A DNA stretch of 64,000 bases. Origin: Polyangiaceae bacterium. Lineage in GTDB: Bacteria > Myxococcota_A > Polyangia > Polyangiales > Polyangiaceae. The DNA lies in contig CBDCTZ010000013.1 of NCBI GenBank assembly GCA_965222375.1, forward strand, positions 544,001 to 608,000. Reading direction: 5' to 3'. Shown here piece after piece: positions 1 through 9,117 of this stretch (the stretch's first letter is position 1; each line of letters starts with the position of its first letter). The notes under the pieces were generated by a model, which ran no database searches, was not told the origin of the DNA, and worked only from the letters and a program-made list of their open reading frames with translations. The translations under genes were made by a program, and so were the position numbers.

Positions 1-69
1 CTTCGGGATGAACACCACGTGGTATTTGCACTCCCATTTCGTGTGACTTAACGTTTCGTAGTCGACCAT
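1..69 (-). CDS. tnpA: IS200/IS605-family Y1 transposase TnpA, N-terminal part (runs off the window edge)
   Basis: Reverse complement translates MVDYETLSHTKWECKYHVVFIPK, the characteristic IS200 TnpA N-terminus (SHTxWxCKYHxVFxPK). Not in the ORF track because it is truncated. Confidence 0.9.
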   Translation of the reverse strand, partial: MVDYETLSHTKWECKYHVVFIPK

Positions 70-76
70 CTCGACG

Positions 77-116
77 ACTCCCTTCCGTGACGCTTGACCG
101 GCTCACGGAGGGGAGT
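77..116 (-). promoter_or_regulatory. Stem-loop occluding the tnpA ribosome-binding site
   Basis: 14-bp arms 77-90 (actcccttccgtga) and 103-116 (tcacggaggggagt) with one mismatch; the ATG-proximal arm carries GGAAGGGAG a few nt before the start codon. Confidence 0.7.
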
Positions 117-259
117 GCCTTCATGGGGCTCCCGGAATTGTCAAACTTTGAGGGCCGCCCCGGCTTAGCCGGGGGATCTCAAAGTGGGATTAGTGCCCCA
201 ATGCCGTCCCAGTGTTCGACCCCCCAAAACCAAATCCGAATTCGAACCGCGCCCCGGGA

Positions 260-1486
260 TCACTCTTTCAGCTGAGACGTGACTTTGACTTCCGAGTGCA
301 GGGTCCTGTGCACGGGGCACTTGTCAGCGATTTCGAGCAGGCGCTGTCGCTGTTCGTCGGTGAGGTCGCCCTCGACTTCGACGACACGGTCGATGCGGTC
401 GATCTTGCCGGTTTGGGTTTCGCACTCGGAGCAATCCTTGGCGTAGATCTTCTTGTGACTCAGCGTGACACGGACGCCATCCAAGGGCAGCTTCTTGTGG
501 TCGGCGTACATTCGAAGCGTCATGGAAGTGCAAGCACCGAGAGCACCGAGCAAGAGGTCGTAGGGGGACGGGCCGCTGTCCAGGCCACCCATGGCAACGG
601 GCTCGTCTGCGCGCAGGCGATGGTCGCCGAAGACGACGCTCTGGGTGAAGCGGCCTTCGTGGGTCTCGGCCACGACGACCTCTGGGTGGGTTTCCTGCTG
701 CGGCGCTGCGGGCGCAGGCGCGTCGATGACGTAGCGGGCGGCCCAGGACGAGATGACCCGCGCAGCGAAGATCGCATCGGCGCGGTTGGTGAGCAGATGG
801 TTGGCCCTATCCAGGGAGATGAAGCTCTTAGGGTGACGCGCGCCGTCGAAGATCCGCCGGGCGTTGTCGACGCCCACGATGTCGTCTGTCGGCGCGTGCA
901 TCACGAGCAGAGCTGCTCTCAGGGACTGGAGCGCGGCCTTCATGGGTTGTTCGGCGAGATCTGTCAGCAGGGACTTCTTGATCCGGAAGGGGCGGCCGCC
1001 GATGAGCACCTCGGCCTCACCCTTTTCTTCCAGTTCGGGCCTGGCGGCGGCTAGGAGATGCGTGGCATGCGCCGGATCGCAGGGAGCATTCAGCGTCGTG
1101 ATGGCTTTGACTTCAGGGATGCGCTCGGCAGCACGCAAGACCGCGGCGCCTCCGAGGGAATGGCCAACCAGAAGCGCCGGCGCGCGATGCTCGCGTCGGA
1201 GGAAATCCGCTGCCGCCACCAAATCGTCGAGGTTCGACGAGAAGTTGGTATTGGCAAAGTCGCCTTCGCTGCTACCGAGCCCGGTGAAGTCGAAGCGCAG
1301 CACCGCAAACCCTTCGTCCGCCAAGGCACGGCTAATGCGGGACGCTGCGGCGCTGTTCTTGCTGCAGGTGAAGCAGTGGGCGAACAGCGCAAACGCCAAG
1401 GGCTGCCCTTCCGGCAATTCGAGGCGGGCGTCCAACTGCGCGCCAAGGGCGCCCTGGAAGCTGACTTTTTGACTGGCAATGGCCAT
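260..1486 (-). CDS. Bifunctional alpha/beta hydrolase - OsmC family protein
   Basis: AHCFTC, GHSLGG nucleophile elbow, C-terminal OsmC domain ([29 protein letters not shown]). Alternative GTG start at 1492. Confidence 0.92.
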   Translation of the reverse strand: MAIASQKVSFQGALGAQLDARLELPEGQPLAFALFAHCFTCSKNSAAASRISRALADEGFAVLRFDFTGLGSSEGDFANTNFSSNLDDLVAAADFLRREHRAPALLVGHSLGGAAVLRAAERIPEVKAITTLNAPCDPAHATHLLAAARPELEEKGEAEVLIGGRPFRIKKSLLTDLAEQPMKAALQSLRAALLVMHAPTDDIVGVDNARRIFDGARHPKSFISLDRANHLLTNRADAIFAARVISSWAARYVIDAPAPAAPQQETHPEVVVAETHEGRFTQSVVFGDHRLRADEPVAMGGLDSGPSPYDLLLGALGACTSMTLRMYADHKKLPLDGVRVTLSHKKIYAKDCSECETQTGKIDRIDRVVEVEGDLTDEQRQRLLEIADKCPVHRTLHSEVKVTSQLKE

Positions 1487-1659
1487 CTGCACGTTCCTTT
1501 TCAGAAGCGGGACTTCTCAGGCCGCATAGCGACGCCTGTCGAAGGTGACAAGCTAGCGATCCAGCCGCGGACGAAACCCACGCGCTACTCAGCGAACCTC
1601 GAACGGGAGGGCTTGGTTCCGAGGGGAGAAGCTGCGGCTGTCCGACGTAGTAAGCCGCT

Positions 1660-2979
1660 ATGCGGCTTGCACTGACGATTCTCGCTTCCTCCACCCTGGC
1701 CCTCGCTTCCTGCAGCGGTGATTCCAACGCGGGACTGCCCGGCGCGGGAGGCGCGGCTGGTGCGGACAGCGGCACAACCGGGGGATTCGGGGGGTTTGGT
1801 GCCTTCGGAGGTCAGGCTGGCAAGGCGGGCGCTGCCGGGAGTGCTGGTGCAGCGGGTGTCAGTGGGTCTGGCGGTAGCGCTGGCGCTGCAGGTCAAGCTG
1901 GCTCGGCTGGTAGCGGCGGCAGCTCGGGCTCCGGGGGCAGCTCGGGCTCCGGGGGCAGCTCGGGCTCCGGGGGCAGCTCGGGCTCGGGAGGCAGCTCCGG
2001 TTCCGGAGGAAGCTCGGGCTCGGGAGGCAGCGGCGGCTGCGCCGTGGGACCGACGCCCATAGACGCCGCACCCCTGGATTGGGTGTTGCTGTTGGATCGC
2101 TCGGCATCGATGCAGGACAGCAGCAAATGGGACAACACGAGAGCCCAGCTCAAGACCTTCGAATCGGCCAAACCCAATGGTCCAACGCAACTGTCGACGG
2201 TTCTGTTTCCGAAAAAACCGGCGATCCCGCCTCCCATGGGCACGTGCAGCTCGGATTTGGAGTGCGGTGCCTACGGCCCCTGCGTGCCGAGCTTCAATCA
2301 ATGCTCGGGCAGCTTCGCACCCGACGATTCCTGCTTGAGTAGCGACTATGGCGCGGACCTGCCCTTTGGCGCGCTACCCGGCACGGCGCTGACAACGCTG
2401 CTTTCGACGACCACGCCAGACGGTGAGAGCACACCCATGACGCCCGCTCTCAAAGGCGCGCATGCTGTCGCGACGAGCCGGGCACAGGCGAACCCGAGTC
2501 ATCAGGTCGATGTCGTGATGATTACAGACGGCGAGCCGACGAACTGCACAGCCAACAAGCTCACGGATGTGGAGGCTGTCGCCAAGGCGGCTTTGCAAGG
2601 CAACCCCTCAGCGCGCACGTTCGTCGTGCGAGTCGGGCCGATCATCGCCGGACTCGACGCCGTCGCAAAGGCTGGCGGAACCGGCAGTGTTCACGATGGC
2701 GGCGCAACTGGACTCAATGTGGCGGCAGTTCTGGGCACGTTGGCTGATGCCTCGGTGTGTCGGCTGCCCCTGCCAGCGAACATCAACCCCGCCAAGGTGA
2801 GTGTGTTCATGACCCTAGGCGCGTCCACCATCATGCTCAATACCGTCGCGGGACCGGGCAGCTGCCTCGGAGCCGGCGTCTACGTACAAGGCAAGGAAGT
2901 CGTGCTCTGCCCAACCACTTGCGCGGCGAAAAAGACGCAAGGAGCCAGCTTCGGCGCGGGTGAGAGTTGCCAGCCGTGA
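1660..2979 (+). CDS. Lipoprotein with Gly/Ser linker and von Willebrand factor A domain
   Basis: Lipobox LASC; MIDAS-like LLDRSASM, TPMTPAL, VMITDGEP; Cys-rich C-terminus. Confidence 0.8.
   Translation: MRLALTILASSTLALASCSGDSNAGLPGAGGAAGADSGTTGGFGGFGAFGGQAGKAGAAGSAGAAGVSGSGGSAGAAGQAGSAGSGGSSGSGGSSGSGGSSGSGGSSGSGGSSGSGGSSGSGGSGGCAVGPTPIDAAPLDWVLLLDRSASMQDSSKWDNTRAQLKTFESAKPNGPTQLSTVLFPKKPAIPPPMGTCSSDLECGAYGPCVPSFNQCSGSFAPDDSCLSSDYGADLPFGALPGTALTTLLSTTTPDGESTPMTPALKGAHAVATSRAQANPSHQVDVVMITDGEPTNCTANKLTDVEAVAKAALQGNPSARTFVVRVGPIIAGLDAVAKAGGTGSVHDGGATGLNVAAVLGTLADASVCRLPLPANINPAKVSVFMTLGASTIMLNTVAGPGSCLGAGVYVQGKEVVLCPTTCAAKKTQGASFGAGESCQP
1918..2025 (+). repeat. 18-bp coding tandem repeat (GSSGSG linker), about 6 copies
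   Basis: ggcagctcgggctccggg repeated with degenerate later copies. Confidence 0.85.
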
Positions 2980-3044
2980 CCGAGTGGCTCGGCCGCCGCT
3001 AGGTTTATGATGCGCACGCCCTCGCGCTAGCGTAAGTAGCGGCT

Positions 3045-3689
3045 ATGCAGAAGCTCGCCAAGGGGCTGCACTCCTTTCAGCGTGGCTACTTCGCCAGTCA
3101 CCGCCAGCTCTTCGAGCAGTTGGCGACCACGGGGCAGCACCCCGAAACGCTATTCATCACATGCTCGGACTCCCGAGTCGTGCCCAATCTGATCATGAAC
3201 GCGCCACCTGGTGAGTTATTCGTGATTCGCAACGCGGGCAACTTGGTCCCAGATCCGAATCTCCCCGGGGGCACGGCAGCGTCCCTGCAATACGCGGTTG
3301 AAGTCCTGGAGGTGGAGAACATCATTGTTTGCGGTCATACAAAGTGCGGCGCCGTCGATGCGATTCTGAATCCAAAAACAGCCGAGGGTTTGCCCTACGT
3401 CAAGCGTTGGATCGACCAAGCAGCGGACCTTCGCACACTCCTGGACGAACGCTACGGGCACCTTAGCGGTGAGGCGCGCATGGCCGCTGCAGTTCAAGAA
3501 AACGTGCTCGCTCAGGTGAAGCGGCTCCACGAATACGATTTCGTCCAACAACGCTTGGACGCTGGCAAGCTCCGCGTCAACGCTTGGGTATTCAAGATCG
3601 CTACAGGGCAGGTATTCGACTTCGACCCCGAGACCTCGGAGTTCCGACCCTTGGTAGAGGAAGCCCCTGAGGACTCGGCATCGCCCTGA
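3045..3689 (+). CDS. Beta-class carbonic anhydrase
   Basis: CSDSR, RNAGN and CGHTKCGA zinc-ligand motifs. Confidence 0.95.
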   Translation: MQKLAKGLHSFQRGYFASHRQLFEQLATTGQHPETLFITCSDSRVVPNLIMNAPPGELFVIRNAGNLVPDPNLPGGTAASLQYAVEVLEVENIIVCGHTKCGAVDAILNPKTAEGLPYVKRWIDQAADLRTLLDERYGHLSGEARMAAAVQENVLAQVKRLHEYDFVQQRLDAGKLRVNAWVFKIATGQVFDFDPETSEFRPLVEEAPEDSASP

Positions 3690-3698
3690 GCGCCTGGG

Positions 3699-4448
3699 AT
3701 GTCCGATGCGATAGTTCCGGCTCTCGGCGCAGCGGACCCGGTAGGCGCCCGCCACCTAGTGATCGTGTGTGCTTTGCTCGCCGCCGCGGCTCGGTTCATT
3801 CCCCTACCGCTGCTGGACGACATCGTGCGCGAGCGCATCCACCAAGTCTTGGTGAGCCGGCTACTCAAAGCTCGAGGTCGCCGAGTGTCCAGTAGCAAGC
3901 TGGCGCCCCTGTGGCAGGACAGCTCGGCGTGCACGACAGGCTGCGTCACCCTGCTGTGGAAGCTACCCCTCAAGCTGCTGCTCTTTCCGATTCGAAAGCT
4001 CATTGCCATCTTCACCGCCCTGACGGGTTTTTCGAAGGAGGTGACTCGCACCGTCCTGCTTGGCCGTTGCGTGGACCGAGTGCTGGCGCAGGGTGGGTTC
4101 GTCGACACCTCGACGCCGGAGCTGCTTCAGGCACAGGCACGACAGGTGCGAAACGCTTTCGATCTAGCAATGACCCAAACGGATACATCCGTGGTCGTGG
4201 CAACCCTGACGGATGTGCTTCGCGAAGTGCGAGGGTTGCCACGGGCGGCACTGCGCGGCGCCCGCTCCCTCACGCGCTCCAAAAGCGATGCGGCCGAAGA
4301 CGCGGGCAACGACGCGGATCGGCAAGTCGTCGAGCAGGGTGCCTCCCGGGTCGAACGCGCCCTGGATCACCAGACCGTCCAGGTGGTGTTCACCGATTTT
4401 GATGCGCGCTTCGACGCCGCTCTCGAATCTCGATCTGATCACGATTGA
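3699..4448 (+). CDS. Hypothetical protein, possibly membrane-associated
   Basis: 249-aa ORF 9 nt after the carbonic anhydrase; hydrophobic segments, IPLPLLDD motif. Confidence 0.65.
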   Translation: MSDAIVPALGAADPVGARHLVIVCALLAAAARFIPLPLLDDIVRERIHQVLVSRLLKARGRRVSSSKLAPLWQDSSACTTGCVTLLWKLPLKLLLFPIRKLIAIFTALTGFSKEVTRTVLLGRCVDRVLAQGGFVDTSTPELLQAQARQVRNAFDLAMTQTDTSVVVATLTDVLREVRGLPRAALRGARSLTRSKSDAAEDAGNDADRQVVEQGASRVERALDHQTVQVVFTDFDARFDAALESRSDHD

Positions 4449-5953
4449 GCCGCAGCGGGAGGCGGAGCCGCAAACATCGTGATGGCGGCAGCCGAGAGAC
4501 CGGCCATGGCCAGCAGGAACAGCGACAAGAGCAACAAGATGGCGAGCCATCGCCTTGGGAGGGGACCGGCGTCTCGGCCCGCCTGGTTGAGCTCGGGTTC
4601 CAACCCGCTCAGGCGAGTCCGATTCGCCTCCAGCTTGGCCTGCAGCCGCCGACGTTTGGACAGCCCGACGGCGAAACCGAGCAAGACGCCCAAAGGAAAG
4701 ACGAAAACACATGTGACGGCGTACATCGTAACGCCGCCGCCGGGAACTTCGAGATGCGGAAAGAGCGACGCGTGTTGTATCAGCTGCATCGACTCCATCT
4801 GGCTCGGACGCAAAGCCTCGCTATCGCAGAGCACCGCATGGTGTACCGAGCCATTGCTGCTCCAATAGTGATAGGTGGCGGGCGATCGGCAGCCGTCACA
4901 CAAGGCACCGCACACGGGGATGGCAACCGCTCCGATGAGTGGCCCGCGTTTGGTGGCGCAGCCTTCGATGGAAAACAAGAAGGCCAATGTCAGGCTGATG
5001 AAGGGGGCCCAGGCCAGAGCGGACGCAACGGGAAAGCCCCAAGCCCGCACGTTTGCTATCTCTGTGGCAAGGGCGCGAGCAGTGCGCTGCATGGGAGCCA
5101 GGCGAGTTTGAGAAGCTAACCCTTCGTGCTGAGCAAGATCGATCAGCTTGGCCTCGTCGAGTTTGGCAACGTACTTCGTCCACAGTGCAGCAGCCTCCGC
5201 GAAGCGCCGACTGAGTTCGAGGGCCGAGATGCGAACCAGTGTGAAGTGGGGCGCCATGGCCTTTTGCACCGGTACCGCGCCAGGAGCGTCGCCGATCAGC
5301 GATAGCGCGCGTGCCGGATTGGTTTCGGCGAGGCATGCCCGCGCCGTGGCATAGCGAAGCGCGGAATCCAGCTCCAGGACCTCCGGCGCCGGGTCACATT
5401 CCGCGAGCCAGCCCCGGGCCGCCGCCAGCTCTCCGCGCCGGATGGCCTCCAAACACAACTCGGCCCGAATCAGCAGCCGGTGCCCGGGGTCCGGCAGGTG
5501 GTTCAAAGCCGTCTCCAGCTTCGCCCGGGCACCTTCATGCTGATCGGATTTCGACAGTAGCCGCGCCGAGTGAATCGCCACCCAGCACAGCGCCCGCTGA
5601 GGTTGGAGGCCCTCCGGCGCGACGGTTTTAGCATGGCTCCAGAGCCGGTGGAGCGCGGCAAGATCGTTCACGGACTCCACCGTGGCGCCTTCGAACATCA
5701 GGCTCGGCGGCAGGCACGTCAGATCGTAGACGCCACCGACAACGGGATGCTCTCGCTGCGCCTTCAACTGGGCGAGCCTCGCGACCTCTTGTGCGGGGGT
5801 CAGAGGCCCGCGGACGTCGTTAGGGCGGGCAGTCACTTGGTTGTGAGTGCCGCAAAAGCCGCACTTTGCTGACGATGGGTCGATGACGGTCAGGGGTGCA
5901 CCACAATTGGCGCACTCGACGACCCGCGCGCGGACGTCGTAGGGCGTCATCAC
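4439..5953 (-). CDS. Hypothetical membrane protein with N-terminal zinc ribbon and TPR-like helical region
   Basis: CANCGAP..CGFCG at the N-terminus, helical middle, about three C-terminal hydrophobic helices. Confidence 0.7.
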   Translation of the reverse strand: MMTPYDVRARVVECANCGAPLTVIDPSSAKCGFCGTHNQVTARPNDVRGPLTPAQEVARLAQLKAQREHPVVGGVYDLTCLPPSLMFEGATVESVNDLAALHRLWSHAKTVAPEGLQPQRALCWVAIHSARLLSKSDQHEGARAKLETALNHLPDPGHRLLIRAELCLEAIRRGELAAARGWLAECDPAPEVLELDSALRYATARACLAETNPARALSLIGDAPGAVPVQKAMAPHFTLVRISALELSRRFAEAAALWTKYVAKLDEAKLIDLAQHEGLASQTRLAPMQRTARALATEIANVRAWGFPVASALAWAPFISLTLAFLFSIEGCATKRGPLIGAVAIPVCGALCDGCRSPATYHYWSSNGSVHHAVLCDSEALRPSQMESMQLIQHASLFPHLEVPGGGVTMYAVTCVFVFPLGVLLGFAVGLSKRRRLQAKLEANRTRLSGLEPELNQAGRDAGPLPRRWLAILLLLSLFLLAMAGLSAAAITMFAAPPPAAAQS

Positions 5954-5987
5954 CTGTACATGAGTCAGCGACGCGCTGCGCGGGCCA

Positions 5988-6680
5988 TCAAGGGCCGACT
6001 AGGGTCCAGCTGCAGTGCCCCTGAACGCAGGTCGGCACGAAGTGACTTGGGATGGGTGGTGGGGCGCACGGCGGGCACGCGCCCGCAAAGGGCGAACACA
6101 CTTCTTGTTCCAGATTGGCGTTCTTGTTGTAGGCGATCAACTCGTCCGGCTTGCCTTCACCGCAGGACTCGCAACAGCGGCTACCCCAACGCAGGCGGCA
6201 ATCACCCTGGGTCTTGCACGCACTCAGTTCGTCCCGGCGCAGATCCACGCCGGTACAGATGCCAGCGCGGCACAGGGCGAGGTTGTTTGGGTTTTCCGCA
6301 TTGACGCAGTCGGGGCAGAGCACGTCATCAGCACAAACCACATTCGAATAGTCGCTCGCGTGCTTTGTATTGATGGCCTCGAATCCCTTGATGCTCGCGT
6401 TGGGATCGCAGTATCCGCAGCAGTTCGTGGGGGACAGCACGCAAGTGCCTTTTTCGGTGCACTTCTTCCAACCAGCCAGACCAGGTAGGTTGCCGGTCCC
6501 GCCGGTACCCGTGCCCCCGTTGCCTCCACCCGTACCACCCAGGGCGCCTCCACTTCCGCCAGCGGAGCTCCCACCGGTCGCCGCACCGTCTTGGGTACTG
6601 CCGCCACAGGCGGCTACACACAGCAGGGCGACAGCACATTGAATCGTGAGTTTGAGCATGGCTGATAGCGAGCATGCCAA
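5988..6680 (-). CDS. Cys-rich lipoprotein with an internally duplicated domain
   Basis: VAAC lipobox, Gly linker, two similar Cys-rich repeats. True start may be the ATG at 6659. Confidence 0.75.
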   Translation of the reverse strand: MACSLSAMLKLTIQCAVALLCVAACGGSTQDGAATGGSSAGGSGGALGGTGGGNGGTGTGGTGNLPGLAGWKKCTEKGTCVLSPTNCCGYCDPNASIKGFEAINTKHASDYSNVVCADDVLCPDCVNAENPNNLALCRAGICTGVDLRRDELSACKTQGDCRLRWGSRCCESCGEGKPDELIAYNKNANLEQEVCSPFAGACPPCAPPPIPSHFVPTCVQGHCSWTLVGP

Positions 6681-6717
6681 AAGCTGCGCCCGCGGGCCAC
6701 TGTGCTAAGAGCGGGCC

Positions 6718-8160
6718 ATGCGCAAGCTTGGGTTGATTGCCGTCGCGCTACTCCTGGGCGGGGGCTGCGGCTCGAAAAGCGGTCTCGCACTGCCCTCATC
6801 ATCTGGAAACGGGGGCAGCGGAGGCCTGTCCTCGACGGGTGGGGGGCCTCCCGGGGGCGGGCCTTCCGGGGGGACCTCGGGCTTCGGCGGTAGCGCCGGC
6901 TCCGTCACCGTCTTGCCCGACTGTGTCTACGAAGAGACCTCGAAACCGGTCGAGGTCTTTCAATGGAGTGACGGCTTGCGCTCACCACTACTCGCGACTC
7001 TGAGTGGCGGCGTCCCGAACGGACATGCTCAGCTTGCAGTGGCCGTCACCCACGGGCACTTCTGGCATCCCGACATTCGCGTCGCACAGGTGAGCATCGG
7101 TCCGACGGGGCTGCATCTGCTGAGCGTGGTCAAGAAGATGACCCTGTACGGGATCGACTCTCACGCCACAGGGCACCTCATCCGCACAAAAAACGGCAAT
7201 CTGAACCTACTCTACTATCACGGGGATGAGGCCAGTCCGTCGGTGGTGCCCGGCGTCAAGTTTCGCCGTTTCGATACTGGCACTTGGAAGCCCCTGCCGG
7301 AGACAACGATCGAAGACAAGGCCAGCTTCGCATTCGACATGGTGGCGGGACCCGGGGTCAACGAAAGTGGCACCTTTTCGGGCACGGGCCGATTCATTGC
7401 CTGGCGCGGAGCTGTTTTCGGCGACAGCATCGTGGAAACCAAAGTTGGGTTGATCAACGAGAATGGCAAGCTGCTGCGCGGCCCCGTGGTTGCCGCTGGG
7501 CCCGCCAGCTACGGACAGTTCGGAGCGGCGGTCGCCTGGACGGGTTCCAACTACCTGGTCGCGACCAACGAGATGCTGTGCCTGGATGATCAACCCTGTT
7601 CCAACGGCATCACGGTTTCGCGGTTCCTGCCGGGAGGGGGCAACAATGCTTCCCTGAGTCACACCGCGGCATTTCCCGCGGATCCGATGCTGCGGGCGCG
7701 TACACCCCAGCTGTCCGGGTTGGGCGACACGGCATTCGCCGTGTGGCGGGAAGTCGGGGAAGAGCCGGGCACCGTTCAGACCTTGCGAGTGAATGTCCTG
7801 GATGGGTCAGGCAACTCGATTGGGAAGGAGACCACTTACCCAATCCAGGGCACCGCTGGCCCCATCCTTCACACGTCGAACCAAGGTGCAGCCGTGCTGT
7901 ACAGCGAATTGGGCGACAGCGATGGCCCCAGTGACGCATTCGGCCACACGCAAATCATGCTTCAACAACACGCCAAGACTGGGCAGCCCTTGCAGACCTA
8001 CGCGCTGCAGACCACATCCTTGACCTCCGGCTCGCCCTACGCGGTCGCGCCCTTGGACCACCCTCGCGGGCTCGTCGTGGCGTGGACAGGTCGATCGAAG
8101 ATCGGGGAGCCAACCTCGGCGCTCTACCTCTCATTCTTGAGCTGCAAGCCGGTCGAGTGA
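6718..8160 (+). CDS. Hypothetical lipoprotein, beta-rich (possible propeller)
   Basis: Signal peptide ending GGGC, Gly/Ser linker, AVAWTGSNYLV-like strands. Confidence 0.75.
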   Translation: MRKLGLIAVALLLGGGCGSKSGLALPSSSGNGGSGGLSSTGGGPPGGGPSGGTSGFGGSAGSVTVLPDCVYEETSKPVEVFQWSDGLRSPLLATLSGGVPNGHAQLAVAVTHGHFWHPDIRVAQVSIGPTGLHLLSVVKKMTLYGIDSHATGHLIRTKNGNLNLLYYHGDEASPSVVPGVKFRRFDTGTWKPLPETTIEDKASFAFDMVAGPGVNESGTFSGTGRFIAWRGAVFGDSIVETKVGLINENGKLLRGPVVAAGPASYGQFGAAVAWTGSNYLVATNEMLCLDDQPCSNGITVSRFLPGGGNNASLSHTAAFPADPMLRARTPQLSGLGDTAFAVWREVGEEPGTVQTLRVNVLDGSGNSIGKETTYPIQGTAGPILHTSNQGAAVLYSELGDSDGPSDAFGHTQIMLQQHAKTGQPLQTYALQTTSLTSGSPYAVAPLDHPRGLVVAWTGRSKIGEPTSALYLSFLSCKPVE

Positions 8161-8167
8161 GGACAGG

Positions 8168-8737
8168 TTGAAACGGGCCATCCTGATTGCCGCATCGACG
8201 GTATGCCTGAGCGTCCCGCGCCTGGCGAACGCCCACGAGTTGTTTCTCGGTGTTGGCCCCGCTGCGGGCTTCAGCACTGGCAACGACTGGAGTGGCGACG
8301 GCGTGATCCCCTACGCCGCATCTCGCTTCGGCTACCGGTCCAACTCTCCCATTGGCGTGGTCGCTAACCTGCGTGAGGGCTACGCCAAGGTCGACGAGCG
8401 CCTGATCACGCTGCTCGGCTTTGGGGTGGAAGGCCGGCTCGAATTGGACGGGGTGACGCCGTGGTTACGCCTGTCGTGGTTGCACCAGCATGAAGAGAGC
8501 ATCGACTTCGCGAAGGAAGAGCCTTTCGGTGTGTTGTTCGGGGTCGGCCGCGGGATCCGCCATCGCGGGGGAGTGGGCTTTGGCCTTGGCGCGGATGTTC
8601 CCTTCGCGAAGAGTGGCGATATCGACTGGTTCTTCGGTGGAGAACTCTTCGCGGACTACTTGTTCGCCAGCGAAGCGCCGGGCCCGGATCTCTACGCCGG
8701 CGCTGCTCTCAGTATCGGCGGAAGTCACCGATGGTGA
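8168..8737 (+). CDS. Small outer-membrane beta-barrel-like protein
   Basis: Signal peptide (ANA/HE), alternating aromatic/Gly strands, terminal Trp; TTG start. Confidence 0.6.
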   Translation: MKRAILIAASTVCLSVPRLANAHELFLGVGPAAGFSTGNDWSGDGVIPYAASRFGYRSNSPIGVVANLREGYAKVDERLITLLGFGVEGRLELDGVTPWLRLSWLHQHEESIDFAKEEPFGVLFGVGRGIRHRGGVGFGLGADVPFAKSGDIDWFFGGELFADYLFASEAPGPDLYAGAALSIGGSHRW

Positions 8738-9087
8738 GGTGTTCCGCCGCTACGCTGATCGCGCTGGGGTTGCTGAGCTGCAGCTCCAAACCGAGCCTCG
8801 ATGAGTATCCCTGCCCCGACAACGGAACGACACTCACCTATGCGAACTTCGGGCAGCCCTTCATGGACGCTTGGTGCAACGAATGCCACTCGGCCGAGGA
8901 GGGCGACCGGCAAGGCGCACCGACGGACGTGCGCTTAGACACCTTGGCCGGAGTTCGGCGATGGGACGACCGGGTGTTCGCGCGCTCGGCCCTAGACCGA
9001 GTCAGCATGCCCCCGGGCCTGGGCGACCCGCCTCGCGCGGATCGCGATCGCTTGGCGGAGTGGCTGGCCTGCGGCTCGCCGGAGTAG
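8731..9087 (+). CDS. Small mono-heme cytochrome c-like lipoprotein
   Basis: LLSC lipobox, CNECH heme motif, distal MPP axial-ligand motif. Confidence 0.8.
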   Translation: MVRCSAATLIALGLLSCSSKPSLDEYPCPDNGTTLTYANFGQPFMDAWCNECHSAEEGDRQGAPTDVRLDTLAGVRRWDDRVFARSALDRVSMPPGLGDPPRADRDRLAEWLACGSPE

Positions 9088-9117
9088 CCGAGATGCAAGC
9101 AGAGCCGCGCCGCGTCT

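Larger units (their letters stand above)
1..185 (-). mobile_element. Left end of an IS200-family insertion sequence
   Basis: tnpA start at 69; subterminal imperfect hairpin at 145-185 (actttgag..ccccggc-tta-gccgggg..ctcaaagt); minus-strand TTGACA at 144-139. Exact element boundary not determined. Confidence 0.8.

Noticed and set aside
212..1675. Long + strand ORFs (212-1054, 1058-1675) and similar overlapping ORFs throughout the window
   Set aside because: GC-rich antisense shadows of well-supported genes.
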